Assembly: GCA_965601425.1 (NCBI GenBank)
Contig: CBFCWF010000001.1
Location: forward strand, 1-48,445
DNA: 48,445 bases
Source: an uncultured Chromatiaceae bacterium
GTDB taxonomy: Bacteria > Pseudomonadota > Gammaproteobacteria > Chromatiales > Chromatiaceae
Direction of reading: 5' to 3'
Shown here: positions 45,446 to 48,445 of the stretch, piece by piece
Position numbering within the stretch: position 1 is the stretch's first letter
Layout: each line of letters starts with the position of its first letter
Position numbers and translations under genes: made by a program
The notes under the pieces: generated by a model
The model's input: the letters and a program-made list of their open reading frames with translations, nothing else
The model's database searches: none
What the model was told of the DNA's origin: nothing

Positions 45446-46510
45446 CTACCAGGCGGGTGCCATCCTTACGTCTTCCGGCGCCTCGTTCGGTTTGGTCGGC
45501 AGCAGATACAGGCGGGCGAACACCAGTGCCCCGCTCACCGCCAGACGGCCCCGCGTGAGCTGGCCGACGAGTCCGCCGCGCCGCTTGGCGGCCGCGCTGG
45601 CGACACTGATCTCGCGCAGCCGCTCCAGCCCGCGGCGAAACTTCGGATTGTCGGTGTCCAGTGTCAGCGGAAACACCTGGCGGCTGATCGCGGTGGTGAT
45701 ATCGAACACGCGGTAATCGAATTCGGTCGGATCGATGCCCAGGGCCTGGTAGAGCTGCGGACGTGAGTGATCGCGGACGTACATGGTCGCGTAGACGGCG
45801 AGCAGGAAGAAGCGGATCCACCAGGTGTTGGTGCCGCGCAACAGCTCGGGATTGGCGCGCATGATCAGCGCGAATGCCTCGCCGTGGCGGAATTCGTCGT
45901 CGCACCATTCCATGAACCATTTGAAGATCGGGTGAAAGCGCCTTTCCGGATGTCTTTCCAGATGACGGTAGATCGTGATGTATCGCGCATAACCGATCTT
46001 CTCCGACAGGTAGGTCGCGTAGTAGATAAACTTGGGCCGGAAGTAGGTGTATTTTTTGGCCCGCTTGAGAAAGCCCAGGTCGACCGCCACACCCTGATGC
46101 TTCAGCGATTTGTTGATGAAACCGGCATGCCGTGATTCGTCGCGCGCCATTGCGCCCATGAGCTCCGCGATTTCCGGGTTACTGACGTGCTTTTCGATTT
46201 CCTTGTACAGAACGCAGCCCGAGAACTCGGACGTGACCGAGCTGATGAGGAAGTCCAGGAACTCCTCGCGCAGCTCGTCCGACATTTCGTGCACTTCCGC
46301 GTCGAAATCGATTTCCTTGCGGAAGTGCTCCCGGTTCTTATCGTCGCGAAACTCCTGCATCATCGCATCCCATTCCCTGCGCACCGGTGTCACATCGATG
46401 CGATCCAGCGCGGCATAGTCGGTGCGGTAGAAGCGGGGCGCGAGCAGCGTGTCGCGTTGTGCCTGCGCGGTCGAACTATTGGAGGCCCGGGGTTCGGAAA
46501 CGTTTGCCAT
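45446..46510 (-). CDS. acsF: Aerobic Mg-protoporphyrin IX monomethyl ester cyclase
   Basis: [48 protein letters not shown] (di-iron ExxH motifs); AAAGGAG RBS. Confidence 0.97.
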   Translation of the reverse strand: MANVSEPRASNSSTAQAQRDTLLAPRFYRTDYAALDRIDVTPVRREWDAMMQEFRDDKNREHFRKEIDFDAEVHEMSDELREEFLDFLISSVTSEFSGCVLYKEIEKHVSNPEIAELMGAMARDESRHAGFINKSLKHQGVAVDLGFLKRAKKYTYFRPKFIYYATYLSEKIGYARYITIYRHLERHPERRFHPIFKWFMEWCDDEFRHGEAFALIMRANPELLRGTNTWWIRFFLLAVYATMYVRDHSRPQLYQALGIDPTEFDYRVFDITTAISRQVFPLTLDTDNPKFRRGLERLREISVASAAAKRRGGLVGQLTRGRLAVSGALVFARLYLLPTKPNEAPEDVRMAPAW

Positions 46511-46603
46511 GCGCTGCTCCTTTCGGATGTTGTCGGGTATCGGGCCCTGCGCCTGGGCAAAGCCCGGTAGGCCGCACAGGCTGACGAGGTGTGCAGGCCC
46601 AAG

Positions 46604-46647
46604 TGTAAAGTAGCTTTTACTTTTTACGATGTCTAGTATAGTTGACT
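46604..46647. promoter_or_regulatory. Tandem PpsR-like operator pair and acsF promoter (divergent to BLUF gene)
   Basis: TGTaaagtagcttttACT (46604-46621) and TGTctagtatagttgACT (46630-46647), 8 bp apart; minus strand reads TAGACA-17-TACTTT toward acsF. Confidence 0.78.
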
Positions 46648-46824
46648 AAAATCAGCCGGGCAACCGCAGCCAGTCCTCGGGAACTCGAACGCCGCCGGGG
46701 GAAGATCCACGGGGTCAACCGGGTCCCGAGGGGACCGGGACGCGGGCGCACGGCCGGGGTGCCGGCGCGGTCCGATCGTTGCGCCGGGCTACCCCGACGT
46801 GATCACGCAACAGGGAAACCGGTC

Positions 46825-47244
46825 ATGCTGTTCCATCTTGGCTATGTGAGTACCCAGACCCGCGCGATGCGCGATGACGACCTATTGGGGCTTCTCGAGA
46901 CGGCGCGTCGTAGCAACGAAAGCAAGGGCATCACGGGGCTGTTGCTCCACCGGGTCGATTCCTTCTTCCAGATCCTCGAGGGCGAGGAGGACGCAGTGCG
47001 CGAGGTGTATGCGCAGATCGTCACCGACAAGCGCCACGATCGGGTCAAGGTGTTGTTCGAAGGACCGATCGCGGCGCGCGAGTTCAGCGATTGGCGCATG
47101 GGCTTCCTGGAGCTCGACGGCGTCGACGTCAGAAGCCTGCCCGGGTTTTCAGATTTCTTGTTCGAGGACTCGGAACCCCGTCGCTTCTTGGAGGAGCTGA
47201 CCGAGGCAAAGCGACTGATGCTGCTCTTCCGCGCGATGGCCTGA
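46825..47244 (+). CDS. Stand-alone short BLUF blue-light photoreceptor (139 aa)
   Basis: LGYVS (Tyr), ARRSNESKGITGLLL (Asn), FFQILEG (Gln), IVTDKRH, REFSDWRMGF (Trp/Met); no effector domain. Confidence 0.92.
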   Translation: MLFHLGYVSTQTRAMRDDDLLGLLETARRSNESKGITGLLLHRVDSFFQILEGEEDAVREVYAQIVTDKRHDRVKVLFEGPIAAREFSDWRMGFLELDGVDVRSLPGFSDFLFEDSEPRRFLEELTEAKRLMLLFRAMA

Positions 47245-47321
47245 CGCAGCGATCTCACTGCTGCGCCGTCGGTTGACCACGGCGGGTCCATCTCGTGGCT
47301 GCCCGGCAAACCCGGTCAGTG

Positions 47322-48445
47322 CTACTGCGCAGACCGGGCGATCGCCGCGCCCTCGAACTCGGCCAGGTATTTTGCGTAGCCCTCGTTGGCCAGGTCCTCT
47401 TTCGGGATGAAGCGCAGCGCGGCCGAGTTGATACAGTAACGCTGTCCGGTCGGCGCCGGCCCGTCATCGAACACGTGGCCCAGGTGCGAATCGGCATGGC
47501 GGCTGCGCACTTCGGTACGGGGGAATATCAGCTTGTAATCCGTCTTTTCGACCACGAGTGCCGGTTCCAGCGGCCGGGTGAAGCTCGGCCAACCGGTGCC
47601 GGACCGGTACTTGTCGCGCGAGGAGAACAGTGGCTCACCGCTGACGATGTCGACGTAGATGCCCTCGCGCTTGTTGTCCCAGTACGCATTGTCGAACGGC
47701 GGCTCGGTGCCGTCACGCTGAGTGACCTGGTATTGCAACGGCGTCAATCGATTGCGTAGATCCCGGTCGGCCGGCCTGTCGAAATCCCCGGCGACGGCGG
47801 GCGAATACTGGCCGTAGTCCACGTCGAGATCCTCACCCCAGGTCCTGGCCAGGTATCTGTCCCGACCGGAACCGAAACGATAAAAGCCGTAGCGCAGCGG
47901 GTTCCTCTGGGCATAGTCCTGATGGTAGTCCTCCGCGCGGTAGAAAGTCGTCGCCGGCACGATCGGAGTCGCAATTGGTGCACCGTGTCGGTCATCGGCA
48001 TCCAGTGCGGCCAACGATTGTTCGGCGGCTGTCCGTTGCGCCTCGTCGTGGTAGTAGATCGCCGGACTGTACTGCAACCCTCGGTCGCGGAACTGGCCGC
48101 CGGCATCGGTCGGATCGATCATGCGCCAGAAAGCCGCAAGCAGCCCCTCGTAGCTGATAATGTCCGGGTCGTAACGTAGCTGGACGGCCTCGCGGTGACC
48201 GGTAAGACCGCTCGAAACCTCGCGGTAGCCGGGGTTGGCGGCCTGTCCCCCCGTGTAACCCGACACGGCTTCGATGACGCCGGGCACCTGCTCGAAGTCG
48301 GACTCGACACACCAGAAACAGCCGCCGGCAAAGGTCGCGACCGCGCCGCGATCGTCGCTTGCCGGCGCTGCCACCGGGCCACGCGCCGTCCCGACCCACC
48401 AGGGAATCACAACGGCCAGCAGCAACACCGCGCCGACCGCGACGA
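47322..48445 (-). CDS. msrAB: Bifunctional methionine sulfoxide reductase MsrA-MsrB with N-terminal hydrophobic signal or anchor, 5' truncated by window edge
   Basis: Msr[24 protein letters not shown]; MsrB GTEPPF, GWPSF, HLGHVF, RYCINS; frame is open to the window end. Confidence 0.93.
   Translation of the reverse strand, partial: VAVGAVLLLAVVIPWWVGTARGPVAAPASDDRGAVATFAGGCFWCVESDFEQVPGVIEAVSGYTGGQAANPGYREVSSGLTGHREAVQLRYDPDIISYEGLLAAFWRMIDPTDAGGQFRDRGLQYSPAIYYHDEAQRTAAEQSLAALDADDRHGAPIATPIVPATTFYRAEDYHQDYAQRNPLRYGFYRFGSGRDRYLARTWGEDLDVDYGQYSPAVAGDFDRPADRDLRNRLTPLQYQVTQRDGTEPPFDNAYWDNKREGIYVDIVSGEPLFSSRDKYRSGTGWPSFTRPLEPALVVEKTDYKLIFPRTEVRSRHADSHLGHVFDDGPAPTGQRYCINSAALRFIPKEDLANEGYAKYLAEFEGAAIARSAQ

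Overview
GC-rich proteobacterial DNA, almost fully occupied by an anoxygenic photosynthesis gene cluster (type-II reaction centre, bacteriochlorophyll a). Gene order: partial alpha/beta hydrolase, bchIDO, crtIB, a 49-aa membrane ORF, crtC(-), crtEF, bchCXYZ, pufQ-pufLMC-pufBA, idi, a divergent hemN-like gene(-), bchFNBHLM-lhaA-puhABCE(-), ppsR, bchG-pucC-bchP, a second ppsR, a BphP1-type bacteriophytochrome, heme oxygenase bphO(-), acsF(-), a stand-alone BLUF protein and a partial exported MsrAB(-). Six tandem PpsR operator pairs (TGT-N12-ACA type) are readable directly. The most notable element is a candidate two-colour light-control circuit: PpsR2/BphP1/BphO for far-red light plus BLUF for blue light, with no aerR/ppaA at its usual site. 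It sits in a cluster with the pufLMC-BA order associated with marine aerobic Gammaproteobacteria (taxonomy is inference only). Other anomalies: crtD is absent from its usual site, pufB looks frameshifted by a 1-bp deletion at its conserved terminal Trp, the HemN-like radical SAM protein has lost several HemN signature motifs, and bchG and crtC look leaderless. No rRNA, tRNA, CRISPR or mobile element was recognised. All calls come from motif recognition by eye, without database searches.
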